DNA of 64,000 nucleotides from assembly GCA_038206355.1 (NCBI GenBank), contig JBBRAY010000008.1, positions 17,975 through 81,974 on the forward strand, given 5' to 3'. This stretch comes from Bacteroidia bacterium. GTDB lineage: Bacteria; Bacteroidota; Bacteroidia; AKYH767-A; 2013-40CM-41-45. The notes under the pieces are model-generated. The model saw only the letters and a list, made by a program, of their open reading frames with translations. It was not told the origin of the DNA and ran no database searches. A program made the position numbers and the translations under genes. Shown in pieces: positions 40,762-51,244 of the stretch (position 1 is its first letter; the number at the start of each line of letters is the position of its first letter).

Positions 40762-41723
40762 CTCTCAAAAATCAAAAACATATCTGTTCCGTTTTTTTGT
40801 TCTTTCTCCTCGTCCCACTCTTTCTTTGCCTTCCCTGAAATGTACCTGCTCAACGGAATCGCTATCCAGAAAAAAAGCACCAATGACAAGGCCTGAAATA
40901 ACTTCTTAAGGATATAAAATCTGCCTCTGTCTGCCGGCGTGAATGCTGATGCAGCAAAAAAACAAAACCAAGAAAATGTAAGCCGCTTCCTCCAGTACGT
41001 CAGTTTAAAAAATGCCCTGAATGAATTGGCATGAAAAGGATCTGTAATATTCCATACCAAACCAAAATTACTTTCTGCAATCCACTTGATGGCGCCCCAG
41101 TACTGATTGGAGTAATAATCTTTTAAAAGTCTGAATCCTGATTTTGCAAACAACGCGTCTGCCTGTTGAACATTCAGCCTCCGCATATGTGCTGTATCCT
41201 CATAAAAAAATTTACCTGTTACAGGATCAAAACCATTTTTCGTCCACTGCGCAAGGCGGTGCTCAAGGCTCCCTTCATGGTTACAAGGTAAGCTATGCAA
41301 CATTGTACATTTTGAAGCAGCAAAAGAGGACATTTCTTCTGAAGTAATTCTTTCATCAAAAGTATGCTCGAGTACATGATGTGAATGAATAAAATCAAAC
41401 CGCTTTACAGAAAAATTTTTATCCCCGATTACAAAAAAAGTAATTCCCGGACTGTTCTTCTTCGCACTTTCAATTGCCTCAGCACTGATGTCGCAACCCG
41501 AAATTGTCCAGCCGGGCAATGCCGCACGGATCACCTGCGTAAATATTCCCCTGCCACAGCCAAAGTCAAGTGCGTTTCCGACTGCAGGAAGGTTCAGTCC
41601 TTTAATCAATTCATACAACCTGTCTTTGTCGAAATTACTCCAGTGACCCATGTAGCCATGCGAGTAGCGGCTTTCATAAAAATCAACAGATGCTTTCCTG
41701 TCAGAAAATTGAATGGTCTCCAT
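40758..41723 (-). CDS. Class I SAM-dependent methyltransferase with a C-terminal hydrophobic segment
   Basis: ALDFGCGRGIFTQVI motif I, plus a C-terminal FSWFCFFAASAFT...LSLVLFFWIAIPL. Confidence 0.7.
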   Translation of the reverse strand: METIQFSDRKASVDFYESRYSHGYMGHWSNFDKDRLYELIKGLNLPAVGNALDFGCGRGIFTQVIRAALPGWTISGCDISAEAIESAKKNSPGITFFVIGDKNFSVKRFDFIHSHHVLEHTFDERITSEEMSSFAASKCTMLHSLPCNHEGSLEHRLAQWTKNGFDPVTGKFFYEDTAHMRRLNVQQADALFAKSGFRLLKDYYSNQYWGAIKWIAESNFGLVWNITDPFHANSFRAFFKLTYWRKRLTFSWFCFFAASAFTPADRGRFYILKKLFQALSLVLFFWIAIPLSRYISGKAKKEWDEEKEQKNGTDMFLIFER

Positions 41724-41738
41724 ACAGCTCAGAAAAAT

Positions 41739-44660
41739 TTACAGCTTTGTTGCCAGTACACAGGTCTTTTTGTATTCCTTCACTTCACCATCCAGATTGA
41801 ATACTTCTATAAAAAATATATAAATTCCTGTGCGTGCCTTTTCCTTATCGTCATTCACTCCATCCCAACTGAAAGCACCATCATTGCCGAGGTATTGATT
41901 TTCAATTAATGTCCTTACCGGTCGGCCTTTGGAGTCAAATACTTTTACATTGGCGAGGTATCCCGGCGTGCTGAAATGAAATAAAATATTCACAACGTCA
42001 TTAAACCCGTCATTGTCGGGAGAAAAAACTTCGGGCTCAATGGTAATGTCATTATTGCCCGTACCCGCTTCACTCTGCTGGGAGTTTTTATATCCCGGCG
42101 TAGCAAATCCTGAACCTTCTGATGCACTATGCCAGTTTTGCGGATCATTGGTAGGCCGTGCTGCACTCAATCGCTCCAGAGAAATATTGTGAACGTCATT
42201 GTACAATGGAAAATGCCAGGAAGAATAATAATGCAAAGAATCAATTATTACTGCAGCATCATTCTTTAAAACAAGCATGTCTTCTTCGGTAAGTAAATCA
42301 GGAAAAGCCATGTTCAGAAAAGCGTATGGATTTTCAGTTCGATAATGGGCCTTGATTTTATCCCCGTCATCACTAAGTACAAGATAAGTGGAAGGAAACA
42401 TCAGGTAACAACCGGTAGTTAATACCTGAGGTGTATTCGCATTACCCGAAGAAATGCTGTAATTATTAATCACAAGTTTACTCAAATCAATTATTTTATC
42501 AGAAGCATTATAAAGTTCAGCAAACTCTACTGCGCCATTGTTCGTGCTGAATAAAATTTCATTGATAAGAATATCTCCTGCGGAGCTGGCAACAGGTGTT
42601 GCGAAATTCACAGATGAATTGGATAACGGGTTTCCGGCACAATCGGCCAGCGTAGGGATTGTAACAGTCCAGATGTTATTTGCTGCTGATGAGGTTAGCG
42701 TCAATGTTACACTCATACCATCAGCTGATGAAACTGCAGCAGAGGGGTTTCCAATCAAAACATCTGTTTCAGAAATTAAATAGTTTGCTGTATTTATTAA
42801 TGCTGTATCGGGAATGACCTCTGAAAAATACACCGTAACATGCAATGAATCTATCAAACATGCACGCAAAAGCCGCGGAGCAACGACGTCATTAAAAATT
42901 CCATTCACACTATTGGTACGTCCCGGTGTTCCACCAGAAGGATCAACAGACGCATTCCAGTTTTCTTTACTGATGCATGTATAATCCGGATCAATACGCT
43001 CAATGCTCCAGCCGCCGTTTACTTTAATTGAATTGTGATGCCATGTTTCATCATAATGAATTTTATCGAGTACGACCAATCCGGGATCGTATATAACAAC
43101 ATCGTCTGATCCTCCTGCAGACGGATTATTGAATGCCGGAAAAGAAGTCACACCAATGGTACTTCCGAAAACTGAAAATGCTGCAACATTTGCAGTAGCA
43201 CATAAAATCAAAAATGAATCCGGTTTAAGAATAAAAGGAGGCAGATCATGCGGACTCCCGGAGTCAGAAAGTTTCCATCCTGCAAGGTCAAAGGTTTTAT
43301 TACTGCGGTTGAATATCTCAATGTATTCGGCATTCGGCAAACCCACAACAGGATCAGGATCTGCCATGACTTCTGTTATGATTACGTCATATGGAAGCGG
43401 AGTCGTAACTGACGAAAATAAAAATGTCGTCGTCGAATTTGCAACAATGGAATTCAATGCAAGATCCTGAACATTGTTCACGGTCAGCGTGTAAGTTGTT
43501 CCTCCTGCAAAATTGCCTGTATAAGTAAGGTGAACAAGGGAAAAATTTGAACCATCACGGGTGGCAGAAGAAGGAATTCCTGCTCCATTATTCACTGAGT
43601 AATTTGAAGCCGTTTGAGATGTTGCGGGATTGACTGCTTCTGAAAATAAAACATCAAGCTGCATTGACGAAGTCGCTGTCGCAGAAACGAGAAGCGGAGC
43701 CGTAACATCAGGCGCATAAATAAATGAAGCCGTTGAATTGGCAATGATTGTATTTCCTGAAAGGTCATTTACAAAGTTAATGGTAACCGTGTACGTTGTC
43801 GCTGCGGTAAATGAATTTGCAAACGTAAGATGAACCAATGACTGGTTGCTTACATCGCGCACTGCTGACGATGGAAATCCGATTCCATTATTCACTGAAT
43901 AATTTGCTGCCGTCTGCGAAGTTGCAACCTCAACAGCTTCTGAAAACAAAACATCCAGTTGTGTGGAAGAAATCGCAGTTGCTGATGTGATTGTCGGTGG
44001 GATTACATCAACTGTTCCTCCACCGGCATAAATGTCATCAAAATAAAATTTCGTTGCATTACTGGAGGTATATACACATTCAATTCCGAAAAAGGAAGAA
44101 GTATTATATGTGGCATCAGTTCCTGTAGCTTCGAGAACATAACTGGTTCCGCCAGCTGGATCCACACTCAGCGACCAGAGTCCTGTAGCGTCCCGCGTAA
44201 CTTTTACACCAACAGTAAATGAGCTTGCTATTTCGGCCTCTGTTCCACGACATACAGAAGTTGAAGTACTACCATCCTGACGAAACAACTGTATTGCATC
44301 GAGTGATAATGCCTCCCCGAATTGAAGGTAGTAACCATTCAGTGGACCGGTAACAAGACTTTGATCAGAGACAAGATAAACCCTGCCGTAATTTGCACCG
44401 GAAGGAGCGAAACTTTGCTTTATCCAGAAATGCCATTCCGCATTGTCTAACGATGCCATCGGATTGGCAACAGATAAATAAGATGTAGCTGAAGCCGCAC
44501 TGTTGAGTTGCAACTGCTGAGATGCATTCACAATAAATTGTCCTGCGTCACCTGTCCATGTCGGGTTTGCAGTAAAGTCCCCGTCAGTAAAATCGTCCTG
44601 CAATTGCGCAAATGCAATAACAGGAAAAAAAGATAAAATGAATAATAAAGTCCGTTTCAT
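41739..44660 (-). CDS. Large secreted protein with tandem Ig-like repeats, two lamin-tail domains and a T9SS type-B (CHU_C) C-terminal domain
   Basis: Signal peptide; three LDVLFSEAV...TSQTA(A/S)NYSVNNG Ig-like repeats; LTD motifs ITEVMADPDP...AEYIEIFNRSNKTFDLAGWKLSD and INEILFSTNNGAVEFAELYNASDKIIDLS; a C-terminal FSWDGVNDDKEKARTGIYIFFIEV. Confidence 0.7.
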   Translation of the reverse strand: MKRTLLFILSFFPVIAFAQLQDDFTDGDFTANPTWTGDAGQFIVNASQQLQLNSAASATSYLSVANPMASLDNAEWHFWIKQSFAPSGANYGRVYLVSDQSLVTGPLNGYYLQFGEALSLDAIQLFRQDGSTSTSVCRGTEAEIASSFTVGVKVTRDATGLWSLSVDPAGGTSYVLEATGTDATYNTSSFFGIECVYTSSNATKFYFDDIYAGGGTVDVIPPTITSATAISSTQLDVLFSEAVEVATSQTAANYSVNNGIGFPSSAVRDVSNQSLVHLTFANSFTAATTYTVTINFVNDLSGNTIIANSTASFIYAPDVTAPLLVSATATSSMQLDVLFSEAVNPATSQTASNYSVNNGAGIPSSATRDGSNFSLVHLTYTGNFAGGTTYTLTVNNVQDLALNSIVANSTTTFLFSSVTTPLPYDVIITEVMADPDPVVGLPNAEYIEIFNRSNKTFDLAGWKLSDSGSPHDLPPFILKPDSFLILCATANVAAFSVFGSTIGVTSFPAFNNPSAGGSDDVVIYDPGLVVLDKIHYDETWHHNSIKVNGGWSIERIDPDYTCISKENWNASVDPSGGTPGRTNSVNGIFNDVVAPRLLRACLIDSLHVTVYFSEVIPDTALINTANYLISETDVLIGNPSAAVSSADGMSVTLTLTSSAANNIWTVTIPTLADCAGNPLSNSSVNFATPVASSAGDILINEILFSTNNGAVEFAELYNASDKIIDLSKLVINNYSISSGNANTPQVLTTGCYLMFPSTYLVLSDDGDKIKAHYRTENPYAFLNMAFPDLLTEEDMLVLKNDAAVIIDSLHYYSSWHFPLYNDVHNISLERLSAARPTNDPQNWHSASEGSGFATPGYKNSQQSEAGTGNNDITIEPEVFSPDNDGFNDVVNILFHFSTPGYLANVKVFDSKGRPVRTLIENQYLGNDGAFSWDGVNDDKEKARTGIYIFFIEVFNLDGEVKEYKKTCVLATKL

Positions 44661-44773
44661 GGGTGGCTGGATTTTTAGAGAAAAGTAAAAGTACCAATTC
44701 TATGTCCTCCGCAAAAAAAGAAAATCTACCCCCGTGATGAAGGCAGATTCTATGATACCGGAGTCTGTATTAT

Positions 44774-45193
44774 TCAGGATGCAGTTTTTTCTTTCAGCTC
44801 GGTTTTTTTGTCGGTGTTGTGCATGTCTTTAATCATAGGGCCCATATTGCAGGTACCTGTAAATGTAGCGCCTACTTCTACAACGAGTTTTCCCGTTACA
44901 ATATCGCCCTGGATATTGGCAGAAGATTTTAGAAAAAGTAATTCATTTACGGTTACTTTTCCGCGGATACTTCCGCTCACGTCGGCATTCTGGCTGGTTA
45001 CGTTTCCATCAATAGAGCCGGTTCCGCCCACAACAACTTTCGATTTTGAAATCACATTTCCAAGTACACTGCCATCAATGCGAATGTCGCCATTCGATTT
45101 GATATCGCCTTCCACTACAGTGCCTGCACCGATAAGGTTAATGGATGAAGTTCCTCCTTCTGTTTTTCCTGCCACTGAATTTTTATTGAACAT
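44774..45193 (-). CDS. Bactofilin family cytoskeletal protein
   Basis: VEGDIKSNGDIRIDGSVLGNVISKSKVVVGGTGSIDGNVTSQNADVSGSIRGKVTVNELLFLKSSANIQGDIVTGKLVV is a beta-helical bactofilin repeat. The start is the internal Met MFNKNS. Confidence 0.75.
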   Translation of the reverse strand: MFNKNSVAGKTEGGTSSINLIGAGTVVEGDIKSNGDIRIDGSVLGNVISKSKVVVGGTGSIDGNVTSQNADVSGSIRGKVTVNELLFLKSSANIQGDIVTGKLVVEVGATFTGTCNMGPMIKDMHNTDKKTELKEKTAS

Positions 45194-45335
45194 ATCAAAA
45201 ATAATTAAGGTGAATATTCCTTTGATGTGCAAATGTAAAACTATTATGCTCCGAAGCAAGAGGAAAATGACCCCGGAAATTACATTCAGAAAAATGAAGG
45301 TTCTTCAGGAAAAATACAAATTTCTAACCCGGGAA

Positions 45336-47948
45336 CTATTGATAGAATTTTCTGAAAAAATCCCTGTATGTTTCAATATTCTTGTCCATAACAAAGGATG
45401 GAAAATTGTTTTCAGAAATTACAAACATGTTATAAAGATCAGGATTTGTATTTCCGAAAATCTCATCGTTGTCATTTGCGCCATTGAAATAAAGCATGGC
45501 GTCGTTTTTATCCTTAAATTCTCTGATGAGGATAATCTGAGTAACATGATCGAGCAACTGGCTTGTGATTGAATATCCTTTTGTACTGTAATACTTTGTA
45601 TTGTAATTGCTCAGTTTAATTTTTAACTGATCAGAATTTAAAGGTCCAACATTTCTGAATCCAAGCACCAAAACATGGGTCGTGTCTTCAACGTAATTGT
45701 ACATCCGGGCAATGGTGTCCTTTTCCGGCACTTTGTTTTCATTGATGGATCCCATGCCGTTGATATAATCCAGTATGTCCTGTGCCTGGTCCTTTACCGG
45801 ATCATCTGAATAATTTCTGACAATATCCTGAAGAGAAACTGTGAAAACACCAATGGGCTGTGTACGACCGATGGCAAGTGTTTTCAGCATATCGAATTTA
45901 GGCCCGTAAATATTTCCCGGGGACATCTGCTCTGCCTGTGCCTTGCCCGTGATCACTGATGCATACTCTCCATTCAGATATTTGCGGTAGGTGTCTTCAT
46001 AAAAAAGTTCAAGATCCGATTTCCGCGCAAGCTTTTCAGCCATGAAATTCGGATTCTTAATGATCATCGCATAGTCGCTGTCAGGATACTTGTCGAGTAA
46101 AATATTTTTGTAATAATCGCTCTTTACAGGATTATTCATGGCCAGGTAAAGCCGGTACAACTGATAATATGCCGGAAGTTTATATTTATTGTCAGGGTAT
46201 TTACTAAGCAAATCTTCAAACATTTTTGTTGACGCAGGCTTATCAGCCAATTGCTCATTGTAAATCATCGCAGCATTGTAATACGCGTCAATCACCTTTC
46301 CCATTGACTTATCTATTGACTCCTGATCGGACGGAATTTTATCAAGCAATTCCTTTTTATGCGCCTCTCTTGCTTCTACCGGATCTTTAATTTCTTCCTT
46401 CACCGTGGATTCTTCAACCACGGCTTCTTCATCCTGGATGTTCATCTGCTTGTTGCTTCGCCTCCAGTTGTCTTCCAGTTTTCTGTTACCCCATTTGCGC
46501 TGAAAATCATTGGTTCCAAAGCTAACCGCCGACTCATTATAAAAATACCAGGACGAAACGTTGCCACGATTGGTTTGCTGCGGCTTTTTCGTATCCGTAT
46601 TAAATAACTGATTTACCTGCTGCTCTTTTTCTTCTTCCATTTTTCGCTGGCGTTCTAGATCTTCCTCCCTCATCATATCCTCCACAGCTTTCTCTCTTTC
46701 AGCCGGAGTCATCTTTGCAAGCACCATCAGACTGTCCTGATCACGAATTGTGTTCAGCGCTTTCATCAGTTTGGTGAGGGAATTTCTTTTTGTAAGGATA
46801 TCGGTATAGTCAGGATGGTCATTGCCAAGACTGGTAATACAACTGTCATAATACAACTGTGCCGTGCGGTAGTCAGGTCTCAACAAATAAATTTTTCCAA
46901 GCTCGAGGTAACTGATGGCCTTCTGATTCTGATTGGTGGTACTTGCCGCTATTGACCGCTGTAGGTAACTGATTTCCTCCGGTTCCTTATTTTCCTTTTG
47001 TGAAATTCCGGCAAGGGCATAATATACCTGGTCGAGGTATTCTTTATTCTTCGGATCCTTTGCCATTTTCTGCAACTCCTTCTTCACACTGTTGCTGTTC
47101 TGACTTTGTGCATCAAAGCAACGCGCCCTGTTGATACGCGCATTAAATGCCATCTCATACACAGGATTTTTTTTGATCACTTTTGTGTACAGATCATATG
47201 CCGCTTTAAAATCTCCTTTCTGCTGGTATAGCTGGGCAAGGATAAACATATAACGGATGCTGTTGTTCCGGTCCTTGGTGAGCGGTATTGCGCGTTTCAG
47301 GTGACTGATGGCTCGGTCCGTATTTCTGGTCTGCAAATAAAAATCCGCAGACACTGCTTCGTAATCAGCGCGCACTTTTTTACTCAAGTCCTTCTGATTG
47401 CGGAGGTAGTCAAGCCTGTCTTCTGTTTCCTTCAGCTGAGTAAGTTGCAAATAAGTTTTTGCCAGCCATAACGAAGCAACGTGTCTGCCCTGTTCTTTTT
47501 TATAGGTTGTCTCAACGTACTTAAACGTTTCAATGGCTTCAAAATATTCATGCTTGTAAAAAAGTGCTTTGCCATATGCAATCCAGTTGTCGTCTATCCA
47601 GTGTTCTTTGTCGGGCTTTTCATTGCCGTTCTTGTCAACCAGCGTATGCCGCTGAATAACAGTGCTTGTTTTCTTCAGCGCTTCATCCATCTGCGGATAA
47701 ATACTTTTGGCCTTCTGCGCATCAGAATATTTAAACATCGGAAGCGTACGGTCATAAATATCAGCCTGCGCATCAGATAATTTTTGTGCACCGTCATCAA
47801 TCTTCAGGTTGGCATTGTACAATCCATTATAACGGGCTGTGAGATCATGGTAATTCCTGCTCACAAATCCGCTCTTGGTATTTTTGCAGGCATTCAAAAA
47901 AATGACAATTGCAAAAACTATAAATATTTTTAATCCTGATGAATGCAT
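45336..47948 (-). CDS. TPR-repeat lipoprotein, likely the SprE/PorW-type T9SS component
   Basis: Lipoprotein box FLNAC; FVSRNYHDLTARYNGLYNA resembles the N-terminus remembered for SprE/PorW; 870 aa with many TPR-like helices. Confidence 0.5.
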   Translation of the reverse strand: MHSSGLKIFIVFAIVIFLNACKNTKSGFVSRNYHDLTARYNGLYNANLKIDDGAQKLSDAQADIYDRTLPMFKYSDAQKAKSIYPQMDEALKKTSTVIQRHTLVDKNGNEKPDKEHWIDDNWIAYGKALFYKHEYFEAIETFKYVETTYKKEQGRHVASLWLAKTYLQLTQLKETEDRLDYLRNQKDLSKKVRADYEAVSADFYLQTRNTDRAISHLKRAIPLTKDRNNSIRYMFILAQLYQQKGDFKAAYDLYTKVIKKNPVYEMAFNARINRARCFDAQSQNSNSVKKELQKMAKDPKNKEYLDQVYYALAGISQKENKEPEEISYLQRSIAASTTNQNQKAISYLELGKIYLLRPDYRTAQLYYDSCITSLGNDHPDYTDILTKRNSLTKLMKALNTIRDQDSLMVLAKMTPAEREKAVEDMMREEDLERQRKMEEEKEQQVNQLFNTDTKKPQQTNRGNVSSWYFYNESAVSFGTNDFQRKWGNRKLEDNWRRSNKQMNIQDEEAVVEESTVKEEIKDPVEAREAHKKELLDKIPSDQESIDKSMGKVIDAYYNAAMIYNEQLADKPASTKMFEDLLSKYPDNKYKLPAYYQLYRLYLAMNNPVKSDYYKNILLDKYPDSDYAMIIKNPNFMAEKLARKSDLELFYEDTYRKYLNGEYASVITGKAQAEQMSPGNIYGPKFDMLKTLAIGRTQPIGVFTVSLQDIVRNYSDDPVKDQAQDILDYINGMGSINENKVPEKDTIARMYNYVEDTTHVLVLGFRNVGPLNSDQLKIKLSNYNTKYYSTKGYSITSQLLDHVTQIILIREFKDKNDAMLYFNGANDNDEIFGNTNPDLYNMFVISENNFPSFVMDKNIETYRDFFRKFYQ

Positions 47949-48179
47949 TTTAAAATATCCTCTTCCTGTTTATGTGTTTTGGCTGAATCAAATACCCTGG
48001 AATGCGCTCCTGACTTCCCGGGATTTTGTGGCAACCTGTTAACGACAAAGTTGCAAAAATATTTTAATAATGACCGCCCTAATCGTATCCTGAAAAAAGT
48101 TATCCTGAAAGGTTCTGTTGTATTCACAATGTATCCGTTACATTTGGTGCGCCTTAACTGAATTATTTCCTGTTTATTC

Positions 48180-49043
48180 ATGGCAGAAGAAAAAAAGAAA
48201 AAAAAACTCAGCGGACTGAAAAGCCGCTACAAGCTCGTTTTTCTGAACGAAGATACTTTTGAAGAGCGCGCCTCATTCACCCTCCGTCCGTTAACCATTT
48301 TCGTCAGCGTGGGCATTACCATCATTCTTCTGATTGTCCTTACTACCCTGCTCATTGCATTTACCGGCCTGAGGGAATATATTCCCGGATACAGCGATGT
48401 AAAGATGAAACGACAACTATTCACATTGATGCAAAGAAGCGACAGCATGCAGGTGGCTTTGAATGCGCGCGACTTGTACATCGACAACATCCGGAACATT
48501 GTAAACGGCACGCTGAAGAATGACTCCACAGATAAAAAACCACCGGCAAGTGCAAAAGTTGAAAATGTGAATTCCCTGAAAAAATCCAGAGAAGATTCCC
48601 TCCTCCGCAATGAAATTGAAGGCCGCGATAAATTTACACTGAGTGCTATCACTTCAGAGTCGTCAGGGATCAGCAGTTTTCTTTTTTTTCCACCTGTCAA
48701 GGGAATGATCACAAATCGTTTCAATGCCATTGGAAAACATTACGGTATCGATATCGCCGGCAATCCGAATGAAGCCGTAAAAGCAACGCTGGACGGAACG
48801 GTCATCCTCGCCAATTTCACCAGTGAAACAGGATGGGTAATTGCGATACAACACAGCAATAATTTTATTTCCTTTTACAAACACAATTCCTCCCTGCTGA
48901 AAAAAGCAGGAGACTATGTAAAAGCAGGCGATGTAATAGCTATCATAGGTAACAGTGGAGAACAATCAACCGGACCGCATCTGCATTTTGAACTGTGGTC
49001 AAACGGCAGTCCGCTCGATCCGCAGAAGTATGTGGCGTTTTGA
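48180..49043 (+). CDS. M23-family peptidase (LytM domain)
   Basis: GIDIAG...GNSGEQSTGPHLHFELW with an N-terminal TM anchor. Confidence 0.85.
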   Translation: MAEEKKKKKLSGLKSRYKLVFLNEDTFEERASFTLRPLTIFVSVGITIILLIVLTTLLIAFTGLREYIPGYSDVKMKRQLFTLMQRSDSMQVALNARDLYIDNIRNIVNGTLKNDSTDKKPPASAKVENVNSLKKSREDSLLRNEIEGRDKFTLSAITSESSGISSFLFFPPVKGMITNRFNAIGKHYGIDIAGNPNEAVKATLDGTVILANFTSETGWVIAIQHSNNFISFYKHNSSLLKKAGDYVKAGDVIAIIGNSGEQSTGPHLHFELWSNGSPLDPQKYVAF

Positions 49044-49141
49044 AGAAAATTCACGATGCATGATTGACGATGCACGAATGAAATCCGCCAAATGAAAAGT
49101 GGAATATGTTTGGTATCTTTAGGGAATATATTTTTCTATCG

Positions 49142-50674
49142 ATGAGAAAAAATTTGTGCTCATTAATATTCTTATTTGTTGTCAATTATGCCGAAGCACA
49201 AAGCACATTTGAAAAAGTGAGTCCTGAAGTCACTCCCCATATCGGAATGGCTATGGGAAAAAGCGGTAGTTTATTTTTACTGAGTGCTGTTGGAAGTCCG
49301 GATTCTGTTAAGACATGCATTTCGAAGATGGACGAAGACGGAAATTTTTATTGGAGCAAAACTTACTATCCCACTTCAGGAATTCTTGAGGCATGGAAAA
49401 TTTTACCTGCGTCCGATTTTGGATTTTTCTTAACCGGATGTTACCAAAAGTCCGGAAACTCAGATTACTTTATATTGAAGGCTGATAGTAACGGTTCTGT
49501 GATATGGTCGTGGTCTTACGATCATTCACAAACCGAAAACAGTTTGTCGGCTACTCTATTACCAGGTGGAGGAATAATGTTAGCAGGTGCAAGTATGGAT
49601 TCCGTATCCCATTTAGGTGATTATAATTCTCTTTTAAAAACAGACAGCTTAGGCAATGTTTTATTTTTTAAAAAGTATTATACCTCCGGCTATCAATATA
49701 GTGGCGGAAATGTCTTTTTGTTAGATGACAGTACATGCCTGATGCTATGCAGCTACCAGCAAAATTTTTCTGGAGTTTGGAAAACTCATCTATTGAAGAT
49801 CGATTTAAGTGGCTCAATACTACTTACCAGTTCATTGGAAAATTCAACTCAAAATGTAGATATAGGGAAAGCTCTTGCATTGCCTAATGGAGAGCTCTGT
49901 CTTATTGGCCAAATAGAAAATTTACCGCTGTTTGCACGTTTGAATTCTTCAGGAATAATTCAATGGTCAAAAGTTTTAACAAATTTTGATAATACAACTA
50001 TTTATGACATAGTAAATACTCATAATAATCAATACATAGCTATCGGTATTTGTCCCGATACTGCCAATGCACATTCAATCAGATTTCTACTGCAACTGGA
50101 TTCGGCAGGTAACAATATCCGGATGCATTCCTTTCCCCGGGATACCTATGCAACCATTGCAGGAATTGCTGCTGAGGGTGAGGATAATGGCCTCTATATG
50201 GGCGGTTTATTAATCCCTTTTTCCAATTTTATTCTCCAAAAAACGGATTCCATCGGAATGGCATCATGCGGAACCACACCACTAAGTTATTATGATAGTT
50301 CAATCAGTCTCGTGCAAAATTCTCCTGTTTATTTTGATTCAACATTCACTGTTGCACAAAATAATTTATTCGTTCTTGATTCGGCCGGAATATCATTTAC
50401 AGATTTTTGTCAAACTCTAAATATTACTAAATACTCTTCAATTGATGAAGCTTTAATTCTATCCCCAAATCCTGTGTCAGGAAAACTAACCATAACTAAT
50501 ATACAATCACCTGTTCAAGAAATATATCTCTACAACCTCCTTGGTGAAAAAATGCCTGTGAATATTGACTATCGATTGCTGACTGTAGACTGTTCTCTCC
50601 TCCTTCCCGGCATCTACATTTTACAGGCTATCGGAGACGGGAAAGTATTGTGTGGAAAAGTAATCATGGAATAA
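49142..50674 (+). CDS. T9SS type-A cargo protein (beta-propeller-like repeats)
   Basis: Signal peptide MRKNLCSLIFLFVVNYAEAQ and a C-terminal LSPNPVSGKLTIT...GIYILQAIGDGKVLCGKVIME. Confidence 0.7.
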   Translation: MRKNLCSLIFLFVVNYAEAQSTFEKVSPEVTPHIGMAMGKSGSLFLLSAVGSPDSVKTCISKMDEDGNFYWSKTYYPTSGILEAWKILPASDFGFFLTGCYQKSGNSDYFILKADSNGSVIWSWSYDHSQTENSLSATLLPGGGIMLAGASMDSVSHLGDYNSLLKTDSLGNVLFFKKYYTSGYQYSGGNVFLLDDSTCLMLCSYQQNFSGVWKTHLLKIDLSGSILLTSSLENSTQNVDIGKALALPNGELCLIGQIENLPLFARLNSSGIIQWSKVLTNFDNTTIYDIVNTHNNQYIAIGICPDTANAHSIRFLLQLDSAGNNIRMHSFPRDTYATIAGIAAEGEDNGLYMGGLLIPFSNFILQKTDSIGMASCGTTPLSYYDSSISLVQNSPVYFDSTFTVAQNNLFVLDSAGISFTDFCQTLNITKYSSIDEALILSPNPVSGKLTITNIQSPVQEIYLYNLLGEKMPVNIDYRLLTVDCSLLLPGIYILQAIGDGKVLCGKVIME

Positions 50675-50704
50675 AATTCATATTTTTTTCAAAAATATGT
50701 CAGT

Positions 50705-50902
50705 ATGAATTCATTCGTGATCACACCGCGCAACAAAAAAGAATATAAATTTCTTTTTGATCTAATGAACAAACTCAACCTAAAGTCTTCCGAACTCTCC
50801 AAAGAAACTGTTGAAAATGCCGGGCTTTTACTTTTAATGAATCAAGCCGACCGTAACAAGACAGTGAGACGCGAAACCATAATGAAAAAATTAAATTCCT
50901 GA
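50705..50902 (+). CDS. Putative antitoxin of a RelE/ParE-type module
   Basis: 65-aa ORF whose stop overlaps the toxin start (cTGATGg). Confidence 0.4.
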   Translation: MNSFVITPRNKKEYKFLFDLMNKLNLKSSELSKETVENAGLLLLMNQADRNKTVRRETIMKKLNS

Positions 50903-51147
50903 TGGAGGTTGAATTTCTTCGGCGTTTTTCAAAAGATATTGATGATTTGCGTTCTACTGATCTGAAAAAGAAAATTGCAAAAATTATTGTTCCGGTTGAA
51001 GGGGCTGAACGCATTTCGGCGATTCACAATATTAAGAAGCTGAGAGGTCATTCTTATACCTACCGCATCGGGTTATTCATTGAAGGTGATATAGTGAAAT
51101 TTGCACGTGTTGTCCATCGTAAGGAAATTTACCGGGTATTTCCTTGA
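50902..51147 (+). CDS. RelE/ParE-family toxin-like protein
   Basis: LRGHSYTYRIGLFIEGDIVKFARVVHRKEIY fits the RelE/ParE C-terminal pattern. Confidence 0.55.
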   Translation: MEVEFLRRFSKDIDDLRSTDLKKKIAKIIVPVEGAERISAIHNIKKLRGHSYTYRIGLFIEGDIVKFARVVHRKEIYRVFP

Positions 51148-51244
51148 TGCAGAAAAATGGCACATGAAAAAAATTTTCAATATAAATTTCATCTGAATTT
51201 ATTTAGCGCGTCGAATAAGTTTTTTCCGCACTTTTAGTCCCTCA

